64,000 bases of DNA from Acidimicrobiales bacterium (GCA_052148655.1 JBKQHU010000072.1:3128-67127); one strand, 5' to 3'; shown: positions 10,097 through 21,651, counted from the first letter of the stretch. Notes: a model not told the origin generated them from the sequence alone. Numbers and translations: made by a program.

Positions 10097-11877
10097 CTGC
10101 GTCAAAACGACGCCCGGGGGGGCTGATCGACTCTCGCCTGGTCCATAGGACCGCCGTCACTCGCCGCTACCTCGTCACAGCGGCGGCCGTCGGTGCCGCT
10201 TCGACCCTGTGCCTGGTGCTCCAGGCCGTCCTCATCGGTCTCGTCGTCCAGCGTGCGTTTCTCGACCACCGCCCTCTCGGTCGGCTGGTCGGTCTGCTGG
10301 CCGGTCTCGGCGGCGCCTTCTTCGCCCGGGCGGCGCTGGCGTGGCTCGGGGAGCTGGCGGCGCAGCGCACCTCGGCGAGCGTGACGTCGGCCCTGCGCCG
10401 CAGGCTGTTGTCACGGGCGGTCGCGCTGGGTCCGTCGTGGCTGGCGGGAGAGCGCACCGGCGAGCTGGCCTCGGTGACAACCCAGGGCGTCGAAGCATTG
10501 GAGGTCTACTTCGCCCGCTACCTGCCGACCGCGGTGGTGGCCGCGGTGGCGCCCCCGCTGCTGCTGGCGTGGGTGCTGTGGTCCGACTGGCGCTCGTTTC
10601 TCATCCTCGCCGTGACCGTGTCGGTCATCCCGGTGTTCATGGTCCTTTTGGGCCTCGAGGCCAAGCACCGCGCCGAACGCCAGTGGAAACGCCTCTCCGG
10701 CTTGGCGGCCGCCTTCTTCGACCTGCTCCAGGGCCTGGCTACCCTGCGGGCCTTCAACCGCGCCCCCGACGGGCGTGGCACGCTTGAGAAGGCCGCGGAG
10801 GACTTCCGGGTCACCACCATGAGCACGCTGAGGCTCGCCTTCCTCTCGTCCCTGGCTCTCGAAGTGCTCGCCGCGGTGGGCACGGCGCTGGTGGCGCTGT
10901 TCTTGGGCCTGAGGTTGCTCGACGGCTCGCTGCACCTCGCGGTCGGCCTCACGGTCCTGGTGCTGGCTCCTGAGGTATACCTGCCGCTGCGGCGGGCCGC
11001 GTCCGAGTTCCACGCCAGCGCCGCCGGCCAAGCGGCGGCCGACCGGATCCTGGACATCCTGGACGAGCAGCTGCCGGCTGGACCCGTCCGGGCCAAGACC
11101 GCGGCCCCGGCGGGCGGGCGAACCACCGGGCTCGGCGGGGCGGGTGCGGCGGAGGTGGCCGTGCTCGCCCGGAGCATGCTCAGGTGTTCCGATCTGCGGG
11201 TCAGCTACGCCTCCCGGGCGGCGCCGGTCCTCGACGGGCTCAACCTGGAAGTCCCCTTTGGCGAACACGTGGCGGTGACCGGCGAGTCCGGGGCGGGCAA
11301 GTCCACGCTGCTCGCCGTCATCCTCGGGTTCGTCACACCCTCCGCCGGCACGCTCACCGTGGGCGGCGTCGAGCTCGGCGACCTGCCTATTCGGGATTGG
11401 CGGCGGCAGCTCGCGTGGGTACCACAGCGCCCTTACCTGGTCCGCGGAACCATCGCCGACAACATCTGCCTGGCCGACACCGAGGCCAGCGCCACAGCCG
11501 TCAGTCGCGCCATAGAGCAGTCGGGCCTCGCGGGCGTTCTCGAGCGACTGCCACAGGGTCTCAAGACCCCCGTCGGTGAGGGAGGCCTGACCTTGAGCGC
11601 CGGTGAGCGCCAGCGCATCGCCATCGCACGGGCCATCTTGCGGGACGCTCCCGTGGTGCTCCTGGACGAGCCGACCGCCCATCTCGATGCGGACCGCGAG
11701 CTGTCACTGGGAAAGACGCTCGGTCCCTGGCTCGAGAACCGGACCGTGATCGTGGCCGCCCATCGCCTCGGCCTCGTGGGGCGTGTGGACCGCACTCTCG
11801 CCCTGGTCGGCGGCCGGCTCGTCGGTGCCGACGAAGAGGCCGAGCCAGGTTTCGCGCCGATCGGGGCGAGACCGTGA
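10093..11877 (+). CDS. cydD: thiol reductant ABC exporter subunit CydD (start uncertain; CTG at 10093 or 10123, first canonical start GTG 10216)
   Basis: YFARYLP, LAPEVYLPLR, GESGAGKST, LSAGERQR, LLDEPT; frame open upstream of 10216 through LIDSRLV. Confidence 0.92.
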   Translation: MTASKRRPGGLIDSRLVHRTAVTRRYLVTAAAVGAASTLCLVLQAVLIGLVVQRAFLDHRPLGRLVGLLAGLGGAFFARAALAWLGELAAQRTSASVTSALRRRLLSRAVALGPSWLAGERTGELASVTTQGVEALEVYFARYLPTAVVAAVAPPLLLAWVLWSDWRSFLILAVTVSVIPVFMVLLGLEAKHRAERQWKRLSGLAAAFFDLLQGLATLRAFNRAPDGRGTLEKAAEDFRVTTMSTLRLAFLSSLALEVLAAVGTALVALFLGLRLLDGSLHLAVGLTVLVLAPEVYLPLRRAASEFHASAAGQAAADRILDILDEQLPAGPVRAKTAAPAGGRTTGLGGAGAAEVAVLARSMLRCSDLRVSYASRAAPVLDGLNLEVPFGEHVAVTGESGAGKSTLLAVILGFVTPSAGTLTVGGVELGDLPIRDWRRQLAWVPQRPYLVRGTIADNICLADTEASATAVSRAIEQSGLAGVLERLPQGLKTPVGEGGLTLSAGERQRIAIARAILRDAPVVLLDEPTAHLDADRELSLGKTLGPWLENRTVIVAAHRLGLVGRVDRTLALVGGRLVGADEEAEPGFAPIGARP

Positions 11878-13571
11878 ACCTCCCCGACGCCGAAGGTCAC
11901 TCCGCGGTTGGCACCCTGCGGACACTGCTCGCCATAGCCGCCCCGCCCAGGGGCCGTTTCCTGCTCTCGGTCGCTCTCGGGGCCGCCGCTGCCATGAGCA
12001 CAGTCGGTCTCATGGCTTGCTCCGGCGCGCTCATCGACAAGGCGGCGCTCCGACCGCCTCTCTACACCTTGACGGTGCTGATGGCGGGCGTGCAGATCCT
12101 CGCCATCGGCCGCGGACCGCTGCGCTACGGCGAACGGCTCTTCGGCCACGACTCGGCCCTGCGGGCCATAGGGCGCCTCAGGCTCTGGCTCTACGACGAG
12201 GTCGAGCCACGCACTCCCGCGGCCCTCGGCCAGTGGCGCAGCGGTGATGTCCTCTCCCGGGCGACGGCCGACGTCGACTCGCTCCAGGACCTGGCCCTGC
12301 GGGGCATAGCGCCGGTGCTGGTGGGGGTTGTCACCTCCGTGTTCGCAGTGGGCCTGGTGACGATCATCCTTCCGGTTGGCGGACTCGTGCTCGCAGGCTG
12401 CCTCGCCTGCGCCCTTGGTCTCACGTCAGCGGTGGCGTGGGGGCGCCAGCGTGGGCTCGGGGCGAAGGAGACGGCACTGAAGGGCGCCCTCTCAGCCGAC
12501 GTCGTCGAGCTCCTCTGCGGGGCAGGGGACCTGGTCGCTCTCGGGCGGGACGAGGACTACCTCGAGCGGGCCCTCGCCGACGACGAGGAGCTCGTGCGTC
12601 TCGCACGCCGCCGCTCGTGGACGGCGGGGGCCACGTCCGGCCTCGCAGTCATCCTCGCCGGCGTTGGGGTCACGGGCCTGCTCGCGGTCGCGATCCCGGC
12701 GGCCGGTGAGCACCGCCTCCCCGGCTACATGCTGGCCGTACTGCCGCTGGTGGCGCTCGGCGCCTTCGAGATCGTGCCGCCGGTGGCCGAAGCCGCCTCG
12801 AGGATCTCTTACCATCTCGCCGCCGCGCGTCGCGTGCTCGCGATCGCCGGTCTACCGATTCCGGTCCACGACCCCGCACAGCCTCTGGCCGAGCCCGGCG
12901 CTACCGACGTCGTCCTGGAAGACGCCCGGCTCCGCTACGGGCCGGACGACCCGTGGGCCCTGGACGGCCTCACAATGTCGGTCCCGCCGGCGAGACGTGT
13001 GGCCCTCGTCGGGCCGAGCGGCGCAGGCAAGAGCAGTGTCGTGAACGCGCTGCTGCGCTTTTGGGCGTTGGAGGGAGGCGAGGCCAGCCTGGGGGGAGTC
13101 CCGCTGGACCGTCTCCGCCAGGAGACTCCCCGGCGCATGATTGCCTGGGTCGCCCAGGACACGCACCTTTTCAACACGACGATAAGAAGGAACATCGCCC
13201 TCGCCCGGCCCGAAGCGAGCGCGGCCGAGATCGCCGGGGCCGCCCGGGCGGCACAACTCGGGGACTGGATCGACTCACTGCCCCACGGCCTCGACACCGA
13301 AGTCGGCGAGCAGGGTGCCCAGCTCTCCGGAGGCCAGCGACAACGCCTCGCGCTCGCCCGGGCCCTGCTGGCGCGGACGCCGATCCTCGTGCTCGACGAG
13401 GCGACCTCGGGACTGGACGAGGCGACTGCGGCACGGCTGCTCGGGGACGTCTTCACCACCACGGCCGGCAAGAGCCTCCTCTACGTCACCCACCGGCTCG
13501 ACGAGCTGGCTGGTTTCGACGAGATCGACGAGATCGACAGGGGCCGCCTGATCAACCGGTCCGTGCCGTAG
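11874..13571 (+). CDS. cydC: thiol reductant ABC exporter subunit CydC
   Basis: RYGERLFGHD, GPSGAGKS, LSGGQRQR, LDEAT; GTGA-coupled to cydD. Confidence 0.93.
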   Translation: MNLPDAEGHSAVGTLRTLLAIAAPPRGRFLLSVALGAAAAMSTVGLMACSGALIDKAALRPPLYTLTVLMAGVQILAIGRGPLRYGERLFGHDSALRAIGRLRLWLYDEVEPRTPAALGQWRSGDVLSRATADVDSLQDLALRGIAPVLVGVVTSVFAVGLVTIILPVGGLVLAGCLACALGLTSAVAWGRQRGLGAKETALKGALSADVVELLCGAGDLVALGRDEDYLERALADDEELVRLARRRSWTAGATSGLAVILAGVGVTGLLAVAIPAAGEHRLPGYMLAVLPLVALGAFEIVPPVAEAASRISYHLAAARRVLAIAGLPIPVHDPAQPLAEPGATDVVLEDARLRYGPDDPWALDGLTMSVPPARRVALVGPSGAGKSSVVNALLRFWALEGGEASLGGVPLDRLRQETPRRMIAWVAQDTHLFNTTIRRNIALARPEASAAEIAGAARAAQLGDWIDSLPHGLDTEVGEQGAQLSGGQRQRLALARALLARTPILVLDEATSGLDEATAARLLGDVFTTTAGKSLLYVTHRLDELAGFDEIDEIDRGRLINRSVP

Positions 13572-13644
13572 GGGGCGAGGCGACCGCTCGCCGGTTCCTA
13601 GTCGCGGCGCTGCCGGCGGGGAACCTGTGCGCCGGCAGTGCAGG

Positions 13645-14055
13645 TCAGGTGAGGCCGGGAAAGAAGATCTCGATCTCCCGCGCGGCCGACTCCGGGCCGT
13701 CGGACCCGTGGATGAGGTTCTCGGTCATCTCGGTCGCAAGATCGCCGCGGATCGTGCCGGGCGGTGCGTCGGCGGGATTGGTGGGCCCCATGAGCGTCCG
13801 CACGATCTTCCAGGTCCCGGGCGGGCCGGCCACGACCATGACCATCGCCGGGCCACGACCGATGAACTCGACCAGGTCGCCGTAGAAAGGCTTGCCGACG
13901 TGCTCCGCATAGTGCCGGCTTGCAGTCTCAGCCTCGATGACGCGCAAGTCGGCCGCCACGATGCGCAGGCCCTTGCGCTCGAGACGGTTGATGATCTCCC
14001 CGATGAGACCGCGCTCGACGGCGTCGGGCTTACAGATGACGAGGGTGCGCTCCAC
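13645..14055 (-). CDS. ndk: nucleoside diphosphate kinase
   Basis: [26 protein letters not shown]; start moved to GTG 14055. Confidence 0.97.
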   Translation of the reverse strand: MERTLVICKPDAVERGLIGEIINRLERKGLRIVAADLRVIEAETASRHYAEHVGKPFYGDLVEFIGRGPAMVMVVAGPPGTWKIVRTLMGPTNPADAPPGTIRGDLATEMTENLIHGSDGPESAAREIEIFFPGLT

Positions 14056-14114
14056 GGGCGGCGACCCTAATCGCCCCGGGGCCGGCACGGCAATCTGCGA
14101 CGACGCCGGGCCGA

Positions 14115-15494
14115 TCAGGACAGCGCCGTGCGCGCCGCCCCCACGACGTAGAGGGAACCCGTGACCAACACGAGGTCTTCACGGCCTGCGAGCTCCAGGG
14201 CCCGGTCCACCGCCTCGGCCGTCGTCCCGGACTCTTCGGCGAGAAGCCCGAGGGCCTGCGCCGCCTCGACGACGCTCGTGGGCTCCTGGGCCCGAGGAGA
14301 AGGGGGCCGGCATGCCACGACGACGGCAATGCGCTCGGGCCCGAGCGCCAAGAGGAGCTCCCCGGGATCTCGGCCACGAAGGCAGCCCATCACGACGATC
14401 ACACGTCTAGCGCCGGCGAAGTCCTCCTGCAGCGCCCGACCCGCCGAGACGGCCCCGGCCGGGTTGTGAGCCCCGTCGAGCACGACGAGAGGATGGCGCC
14501 CCACGACCTCGAGGCGGCCGGGAACCCTGACAGTGGCGAGGGCGTCGCAGACGATGTCCTCCTCGATCGTCGTCCCCAAAAGGGCCTGTGCGGCCGCCAC
14601 GGCACAGGCGGCGTTGTCGGCCTGGTGGGCGCCGTGGAGGGGGATGTGCACCTCGGAGAACCGCCCGAGCGGAGTCCATAGGTCGATCAGGCGCCCCCCC
14701 ACCGCCAGGCGATTGGAGCTGCAACCGAAGTCCGAGCCGCGACGCCAGATCGCCCGCGCCCCTACCGTTTCGGCTTCGGCCTCGAAGATCGCGGACACGA
14801 CCGGGTCCTCCTCACCCAGCACGAGCAGCGAACCGCTCTTTATTATCCCGGCTTTCTCCGCCGCGATCGACTCCCGCGTCGTCCCCAGGATCTGGGTGTG
14901 GTCGAGCTCGACGTTGGTCACCACGGCCACATCGGCGTCGCCCACGTTCGTGGCGTCGAATCGGCCCCCGAGGCCGACCTCCGCCACGACAGCCTCTGCG
15001 GCCATGTCGGCGAACCACCCGTAAGCCGCCGCCGTCACGAGCTCGAACCATGTCGCTCGGATGCCGAGGAAACGCTCGATCTCCGCCACTGTCCCGAGGA
15101 CGCTCACCAAGGAGTCGTCGGTGATATCGGCGCCGGCGAACTGGAGCCTCTCGTTGATCTGCTCCAGGTGCGGGCTCGTGTACGTGCCGACCGACAGCCC
15201 GCAGGCCTGAAGGAGGGCGGTTGTCATCCGCGACGTCGAGCCCTTGCCGTTCGTCCCTGTGATGTGGACGATGGGGTACGTCGTCTGGGGGTCGCCGAGC
15301 GCCCCCACGAGCGCGCTTATGCGTTCGAGACTCGGCAGGCCCAGGCGCCCGGCGCGGCCCTGCTCGATCGCCTCGAGGTTGACGTGGCGGTCCAGCCAGG
15401 CGAGCGTCTCACCCAAAGAGGGAGCCCCCGCGCCCGGCAAAGGGAGCAAGGGTGGCTCGGCGGGGAGGCCGAACTGGTGGTCAGACTGGGACAC
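14115..15494 (-). CDS. folC: folylpolyglutamate synthase/dihydrofolate synthase
   Basis: [40 protein letters not shown]. Confidence 0.96.
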   Translation of the reverse strand: MSQSDHQFGLPAEPPLLPLPGAGAPSLGETLAWLDRHVNLEAIEQGRAGRLGLPSLERISALVGALGDPQTTYPIVHITGTNGKGSTSRMTTALLQACGLSVGTYTSPHLEQINERLQFAGADITDDSLVSVLGTVAEIERFLGIRATWFELVTAAAYGWFADMAAEAVVAEVGLGGRFDATNVGDADVAVVTNVELDHTQILGTTRESIAAEKAGIIKSGSLLVLGEEDPVVSAIFEAEAETVGARAIWRRGSDFGCSSNRLAVGGRLIDLWTPLGRFSEVHIPLHGAHQADNAACAVAAAQALLGTTIEEDIVCDALATVRVPGRLEVVGRHPLVVLDGAHNPAGAVSAGRALQEDFAGARRVIVVMGCLRGRDPGELLLALGPERIAVVVACRPPSPRAQEPTSVVEAAQALGLLAEESGTTAEAVDRALELAGREDLVLVTGSLYVVGAARTALS

Positions 15495-15526
15495 GCCTCA
15501 CGAAGGCCAGGGAACCCCGGCGCGGC

Positions 15527-16804
15527 TCAGGAGGCCGCGCGGCGCGAGCGCTCGGTCTTCTCCTGGCCGGTCGTACGCGGTACCAGGCTCGGCGCGACCC
15601 TTTGCAGCACGACAGACTTGTCGACCACGCAACGGCCGATGTCCTCCCGGCTCGGCAGGTCGTACATGACCTCGAGGAGGACCTCCTCGAGAATGGCGCG
15701 CAAACCGCGGGCGCCCGTGCCCCGCAGCATCGCCTGCTGGGCAACGGCTTCCAGGGCGTCATCGGTCAGCTCGAGCTCCACGTTGTCGAGCTCGAACACG
15801 CGGTGGAACTGCTTCACGAGGGCATTCTTCGGTTCGACGAGGATGCGGACGAGCGCCTCCTCGTCGAGACTGCGGACCGCCCCGATCACCGGGAGGCGAC
15901 CGACGAACTCGGGGATGAGGCCGAACTTGAGCAGGTCCTCGGGGAGGACCTGCATGAGGACCTCCCCCTCCTCGCGGTGCTTGGAGTGGCGCACGTCCGC
16001 GCGAAAACCGATCCCGGCGCGGCCGATGCGGTTCTCGATGATCTTGTCCAGGCCGGCGAAGGCACCCCCGCAGACGAACAGGATGTTCGTCGTGTCGATC
16101 TGGATGAACTCCTGGTGTGGGTGCTTGCGACCGCCCTGGGGTGGTACCGAGGCCGTCGTGCCCTCGAGGATCTTCAGCAAGGCCTGTTGGACGCCCTCAC
16201 CCGACACGTCCCTCGTGATGGAGGGGTTCTCGCTCTTGCGGGCGATCTTGTCGATCTCATCGATGTAGATGATCCCGGTCTCGGCCTTCTTGACGTCGTA
16301 GTCGGCGGCTTGGATCAGCTTGAGCAGGATGTTCTCGACGTCCTCGCCGACGTAGCCAGCTTCGGTGAGCGCCGTTGCGTCGGCGATGGCGAACGGGACG
16401 TTCAACATGCGCGCCAGCGTCTGGGCGAGGAGGGTCTTGCCACAACCGGTCGGACCGAGAAGAAGGATGTTGGACTTGGCGATCTCGACGTCGCCGTCGC
16501 GGTACACGCCGGCCTGCACCCGCTTGTAGTGGTTGTAGACGGCCACCGAGAGGATCTTCTTCGCCTGCTCCTGACCGACCACGTAGTCGTTGAGGAAGTC
16601 GAAGATCTCCCTCGGCTTCGGCAGGTCCTCGAAGCGGACCTCTGTCGGCTCGGACAGCTCCTCTTCGATGATGTCGTTGCACAGCTCGATGCACTCGTCG
16701 CAGATGTAGACACCTGGGCCGGCGATGAGTTTCTTGACCTGCTTCTGCGACTTTCCGCAGAAGCTGCACTTGACTAGCTCTCCACCGTCCCCGAACTTGG
16801 CCAC
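15527..16804 (-). CDS. clpX: ATP-dependent Clp protease ATP-binding subunit ClpX
   Basis: CSFCGK zinc finger, [34 protein letters not shown] loop. Confidence 0.99.
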   Translation of the reverse strand: MAKFGDGGELVKCSFCGKSQKQVKKLIAGPGVYICDECIELCNDIIEEELSEPTEVRFEDLPKPREIFDFLNDYVVGQEQAKKILSVAVYNHYKRVQAGVYRDGDVEIAKSNILLLGPTGCGKTLLAQTLARMLNVPFAIADATALTEAGYVGEDVENILLKLIQAADYDVKKAETGIIYIDEIDKIARKSENPSITRDVSGEGVQQALLKILEGTTASVPPQGGRKHPHQEFIQIDTTNILFVCGGAFAGLDKIIENRIGRAGIGFRADVRHSKHREEGEVLMQVLPEDLLKFGLIPEFVGRLPVIGAVRSLDEEALVRILVEPKNALVKQFHRVFELDNVELELTDDALEAVAQQAMLRGTGARGLRAILEEVLLEVMYDLPSREDIGRCVVDKSVVLQRVAPSLVPRTTGQEKTERSRRAAS

Positions 16805-16819
16805 ATCGTCTCCCGTAGC

Positions 16820-17449
16820 TCAGGCTGCGCCGATAACCGCCGCCATGCCGACGACGTCTCGATTGGTGATGACTTCGTCAATTATGCCGTATTCCTTGGC
16901 TTCCTCGGCATCCATGATGAAGTCCCTGTCAGTGTCCTTCTGGAGCCGTTCGGCCGACTGACCCGTGTCGTTGGCGAGCATCTGGTTCAGAAGATCACGC
17001 ATGCGGAGGATCTCCTTTGCCTGCAGCTCGATGTCGCTCGCCTGTCCGCCGCCCCCACCATAGGGCTGGTGCAGCAGGATCCGGGCATGCGGCAGCGCGA
17101 ACCTCTTGCCCTTGGTGCCCGCGGCCAACAGCACGGCCGCGGCCGACGCTGCCTGCCCGAAGCAGAAGGTCGACTTGTCGGGTCGCACGTACTTAAGTGT
17201 GTCGTAAATCGCGAACAGGGCGGTGATGTCGCCGCCGGGCGAGTTGATGTAGATGTTGATGTCCTTCTCGGGATCCTCCGATTCCAGGAACAACATCTGG
17301 GCGCAGACCAGGTTCGCGATCGTGTCGTCGATGGGCGTGCCGATGAAGATGATCCGCTCGCGCAGCAGGCGGGAGAACAGGTCGTAGGCGCGTTCACCTC
17401 TCGGCGACTGTTCGACCACCGTGGGGACGAGATAGTCGTGCGCGGTCAA
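16820..17449 (-). CDS. clpP: ATP-dependent Clp protease proteolytic subunit
   Basis: [33 protein letters not shown]; TTG start. Confidence 0.98.
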   Translation of the reverse strand: MTAHDYLVPTVVEQSPRGERAYDLFSRLLRERIIFIGTPIDDTIANLVCAQMLFLESEDPEKDINIYINSPGGDITALFAIYDTLKYVRPDKSTFCFGQAASAAAVLLAAGTKGKRFALPHARILLHQPYGGGGGQASDIELQAKEILRMRDLLNQMLANDTGQSAERLQKDTDRDFIMDAEEAKEYGIIDEVITNRDVVGMAAVIGAA

Positions 17450-17452
17450 AAC

Positions 17453-18868
17453 TCAGTCCTCCTTGCCCGCCACCGTGCCGGCCGCTGCTTGGTCCGCGGC
17501 CTCGGCGTCTCCGCCGGTCACCTCGGCGTCGGCGCCAACTGCAGTCTCCTCCTCGGAGCCTACGGCTTCGAGGAGCAAAGTCCGATCCATCGGGGCCCCT
17601 TGCTCATCGACGATGTCGACGGAATTGACCAGCCATGCGACCGCCTTCTCGTTCCTCACATCTGAGCGTAGCTGCTCGAGACCACCGGTCCTGGCGAGAC
17701 GGCTCGCGAGGCTTCGTGCGTCCTGTTTGGTCTGGGACGCGAGGCGCTCGACCTGTGCCGCGAGCTCCTGGTCGTCGATGACAATCGCTTCGACGTCCGC
17801 CAGAGCCCGCAGGGCGAGATCGGCCCGGACCTGGGAAACCGCCTGGCGTTCGAACTCGGCGTCGAGCTCGCTGCGGTCCTGACCGGACGCCTCGAGGTAC
17901 TGATCGATCGTCAGGCCGCGTTCCGCAAGGCGGTGAGCAAGGGCCTCGCGGGCTCGTTCCGCTTCGGCGGCAACGAGGGTCGCCGGCATCTCCTCGGAGA
18001 CGAGCTCTGCCAAAGCTTCGACCGCACGTTCGCGAAGAAGCAGCCGGGCCTCGAGCTTCTTCAAGCGGGTAAGGCCTGCGGCCAAGTGGGAGCGCAAATC
18101 CTCGAGGGTGTCGAACTCCGAGGCGTCCGAGGCCCACTCGTCGTTCGCGTCGGGCAGCACCTTCTCACGCACCTGCTTCACGAGGATCCGCAGCTTGCCG
18201 GCCCCTCCCTGCAGCTGGGGGGCGTCGACCTCGACGATGTCGCCGGCTTTCTTGCCGCGCAGCTCCTCGTCCACACCTTCTGCGATCCCGCCCGTACCGA
18301 CCTCGTACACGAAGTCGTCGGCGCTCAGCCCGTCGGCCACCTCGCCCTCGCGGACAGCTTGCACGTCGACTGTGACCACGTCACCATCCCGAGCGGGCCG
18401 TTCGACCTCGCTGAGCTGGGCGAATTGCTCCCGTAGCCTGTCGAGCCGAGCGGCGATCTCCGCCTCGGCCGGCTCCAGGGACGGGATCGTGACGACGAGA
18501 CCCTCGTAGCCCGCGATCGACACCTTCGGACGCACCTCTACGACTGCGTCGAAGGCCAGGGCTCCGGCGTCCTCGCCAGAGGTGATGTCGATCTCGGGGG
18601 CGGCGATCGTGTCGATGTCGGCCTCTTCGACAGCCTGGGCGTAGTAGTCCGGCAGCGCGTGACGGATCACCTCGGCCCTGATCGCCTGAGCACCAAGGCG
18701 AACCTCGAGGAGCCGGCGAGGGACCTTTCCGGGCCGAAAGCCCGGCACGGCAACCTCTTTTTGTAGGCGGCGAATGGTCTCGTCGACCGCGCCTTTGAGT
18801 TCCTCCTCGTCGACCTCGACGGTGAGCTTGACTCGGTTGCCCTCGAGGGCCTCAGAAGTAGAACGCAT
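17453..18868 (-). CDS. tig: trigger factor
   Basis: VPGFRPGKVP ribosome-binding motif; start moved to ATG 18868 (MRSTSEALEGNRVKL); tig-clpP-clpX order. Confidence 0.96.
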   Translation of the reverse strand: MRSTSEALEGNRVKLTVEVDEEELKGAVDETIRRLQKEVAVPGFRPGKVPRRLLEVRLGAQAIRAEVIRHALPDYYAQAVEEADIDTIAAPEIDITSGEDAGALAFDAVVEVRPKVSIAGYEGLVVTIPSLEPAEAEIAARLDRLREQFAQLSEVERPARDGDVVTVDVQAVREGEVADGLSADDFVYEVGTGGIAEGVDEELRGKKAGDIVEVDAPQLQGGAGKLRILVKQVREKVLPDANDEWASDASEFDTLEDLRSHLAAGLTRLKKLEARLLLRERAVEALAELVSEEMPATLVAAEAERAREALAHRLAERGLTIDQYLEASGQDRSELDAEFERQAVSQVRADLALRALADVEAIVIDDQELAAQVERLASQTKQDARSLASRLARTGGLEQLRSDVRNEKAVAWLVNSVDIVDEQGAPMDRTLLLEAVGSEEETAVGADAEVTGGDAEAADQAAAGTVAGKED

Positions 18869-18997
18869 AGGTCGCCCGTACTCTACCGGGCGCACGCGGG
18901 GGCGCCCACCATCGGCGCTCAAGCAGGCCACCAGGCGACGCCGCAGCCGCAAATACCCTTGTGCCTCTATGATTGCGGAGTCGCACCACAAAGCGAT

Positions 18998-19045
18998 GGG
19001 CGTAGCGCAGCTTGGCAGCGCGCCTGCTCTGGGATCAGGAGGTCC
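18998..19045 (+). pseudogene. 5' fragment of tRNA-Pro (att remnant, left junction of island 1)
   Basis: 45/48 nt identical to 32338-32385; no T-arm or 3' acceptor strand follows. Confidence 0.9.
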
Positions 19046-19075
19046 ATAGCCCCTGACCAGCTCATCTGTCGGATA

Positions 19076-19098
19076 CACGCCCTACCGCACGCCCTAAC
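19076..19098 (+). repeat. CACGCCCTA-N3-CACGCCCTAAC, putative integrase arm-type sites (left end)
   Basis: same motif and spacing at 32173-32195. Confidence 0.8.
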
Positions 19099-19306
19099 GT
19101 GGCCGAAATCCCTCATCCCGTCAGGCCGGGCACCGCGAGTAAAAGCCTACCTACGTAGCGTGCTAACGAGGGGGATGCCCAACTCTTCCAAGGGCTTTCC
19201 GGGCCTTGGGTCTGTGGTGGTGATTGCGATCGCCGACGAGCCAATGTTCCCCACATTTCTCAGTTTCCCCCCGGAACCTCGCGGACTTTGCATCCGTACC
19301 CCTACC

Positions 19307-20137
19307 ATGCCTGCCATGTGGCCACCTGACTTCGAGCCGTGCCACGACCTCACCCCCGCGGAGTGGCTACGTCCCCGGCTCGTGCCCTGGGGCGAGATGG
19401 GCACACCGGTCACCAGCATCGTGCCCGTCGGCTACGACGCCTACATCCGCGTCTTTCACCCGGCCGGGAACGGCCCGCTCGTTGATGCCGTCACCTGGCA
19501 GGAGGTCGCTGATTGGAGCGGGGGCACATTCCACGCGCTGGCCCAGTTCGAGCGCATGTCGATTCCGGTCAGGCTCGTTCCCGGATCGCCACCTTTTGAG
19601 AGCGCCCCCCGCCTCGGAACACTCATCTCGCCGATCTGTGACCTGCTCGTCCGAGAACTGACCAGACTCACCGCTACCCCGTCGACGTGCTACTTCGCCA
19701 TTTGGGAAGGTCGGGGCATTTTGGCCGGAGGTTGGTCCAGGTTGACGGCGACTGGCCGTCACGACCCTGACGCCCTCGATACCCGGCTTGCAGCATGGCA
19801 GCGTGAAGTGGTTCGGCTGCCACGCCTGGAGCATCCTGATCGCAGTTACCTGCTCGGCCGTGGGCCGATTGGCGTCATCGGTGACCTCTACAACCAGCCG
19901 CTTGGTCATGACCCCTGGCCGACGCTGGGACTGACACCACAAATCTGGTGGCCAAAAGACCATGCCTGGGTGGTCGCAACCGAGATCGACTTCGACTCCA
20001 CGATCATCGCCACGACCAACGCGGGGCCCGAGGCGCTGCTCAACCGCGAGGGGCTGGAGGCACTGTTGGTCCCCAGCGACGGGCGACTAGACATCTCCGG
20101 GGACGTAATCAACGTGGGCGACACAGGCCTGGGGTAA
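19307..20137 (+). CDS. hypothetical protein
   Basis: protein-like ORF (VPVGYDAYIRVFHP, CYFAIWEG, PQIWWPKDHAWVVATEIDFDST); start uncertain. Confidence 0.7.
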   Translation: MPAMWPPDFEPCHDLTPAEWLRPRLVPWGEMGTPVTSIVPVGYDAYIRVFHPAGNGPLVDAVTWQEVADWSGGTFHALAQFERMSIPVRLVPGSPPFESAPRLGTLISPICDLLVRELTRLTATPSTCYFAIWEGRGILAGGWSRLTATGRHDPDALDTRLAAWQREVVRLPRLEHPDRSYLLGRGPIGVIGDLYNQPLGHDPWPTLGLTPQIWWPKDHAWVVATEIDFDSTIIATTNAGPEALLNREGLEALLVPSDGRLDISGDVINVGDTGLG

Positions 20138-20944
20138 ACCGACCCGGAGCGGGCACCCCGAGTCGGCTCCCACACCAACTGGCCAGGTTTCAACGGTAAA
20201 CCTTCAGCCGCGTATAACTACCCCGGTTGGCGATTTCCCCTCAGCGTCCGACCGAAATCCCCCCGTTATCCCCCGCGTGTTGAACACTCTTCGGAGCGCT
20301 CATCTCCTGCTCCAAGGTCATGCTCCAAGCCACCAGGTGCCTACACCTAATTGTCAGTGTGCTCGTCCTGGGCGCTCTCGTTGACGAGCTTGTCAGGGTC
20401 CTCGCCGAGCTGGACCATGGCCTCCCTCCACAAGGCCACGGCAGCGGCCTTCTGCTCAGCCTCCGACACTTGGTCGTGGTCCAAGGGGATGCGCAAGAGG
20501 GACCTCGGGTTCCGGTCAGACATCGGTGTCATCTCCATCGGCTCGGCGTTGGCAGCGTGCCGAAGCCGGTTGCCACAGGAGAACCGGGCCGAGCCCCTCA
20601 CCCGCTCTGGATGGGTTCCATGGCGAGGATAACCTTTGTCGTGCCCCAGCGGTCCTCAGATGGACGGCGACAGATCCGGGGCGCGGTCTTCTCGTCTGTA
20701 CACGGCGACCAGGGGCGCGTGGTCCTGGCTCGGGAGAACGCCAACTGTCCGTTGACAGCAGCAAAATGGTCGAACAACAGGCTGTATTCCTCACCGGTCA
20801 TTACGACGGGTCTGGCAACCTGGTTCAATCGGAGTTTTGCTGCGCACCCCGTGGCGACTTCGAGAACACGTAGACCTTGCTCCTCACGCCGCTGCTGTAC
20901 CGGAAGTGCAACGATGTCCAGTTTTCCCCGTTCGGCACATCAAA

Positions 20945-21651
20945 TCAGATGACGGCAACAAACGCTGAGTGCGGACCCTTTGGGCCGAGGCCGCACAGGG
21001 CATCCCTCAAACGTGAGTCACACGTAATGCTGTCTTCCTCTGGCCTTCCTCCGTTTGTCAGGATGAGCGAGAGGTTGACTGACTCCTGACTCACCTGGGC
21101 GTGATTCATGCCGGAAGACCCCGCGAACAGGTCCAAGACCACGATGTCAAGCCCATGGTTCCCAGTCTGGTAGCAAAGTCCAGGAACCGGGCATGGCACA
21201 TTCTGAGTGACAGAGACAACTCGGATACCAGCCAGGCCGTAATCGTCCGAAGCCGGGAACGTGACCTTGCAGGATGACGACGGTTCGCAGTTCCAATCTG
21301 GGTTCGGTGCCTCGACTACTTCAGATACTTGACGGTCTTGGTCTTGCCAAGCGTCGTCAGGCTGAGCGTGAAGTACATCGCCTCTGCCGACATGTTCGCC
21401 TTGAACCTGGCTGACCGTGTGACCATGCCTGTCTTGCACGGCACGGTTGCCTCAAACCCTGTGACCGCAGGTGAGGACGACCAATCACACCACTGGGCGT
21501 TGTCAACCGTGGTCGTCCAATGGACCGCGCCACCGGTGGAGGGGAGATAACGCGTCGGTACTGCCTTCGTGCTCGCAGCACTTGGCAGCGAGGGGACAAC
21601 GCAGGCGAACAGCGCCGCTGCTGCAACAAGGGAACGGAGACCCGCTCGCAT
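20945..21651 (-). pseudogene. secreted protein split by a frameshift near 21320
   Basis: signal-peptide ORF 21651-21316 continues in another frame (..YLK / VVEAPNPDWNC..) if one base is restored. Confidence 0.55.

Noticed and set aside
832-17665. Long antisense/alternate-frame ORFs over core genes (e.g. 832-1797, 5167-6615, 14898-16268, 15452-16777)
   Set aside because: Shadow ORFs expected from high-GC codon bias; they overlap confidently identified genes and show no motifs.
18998-19070. Second functional tRNA-Pro
   Set aside because: No T-arm or 3' acceptor strand, and mismatches in the anticodon arm; treated as an att remnant.
18869-19306. ORF-track extensions of tig (to 19078) and of the 18959 ORF
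   Set aside because: They cross the tRNA remnant and att repeats; better starts exist at 18868 and 19307.
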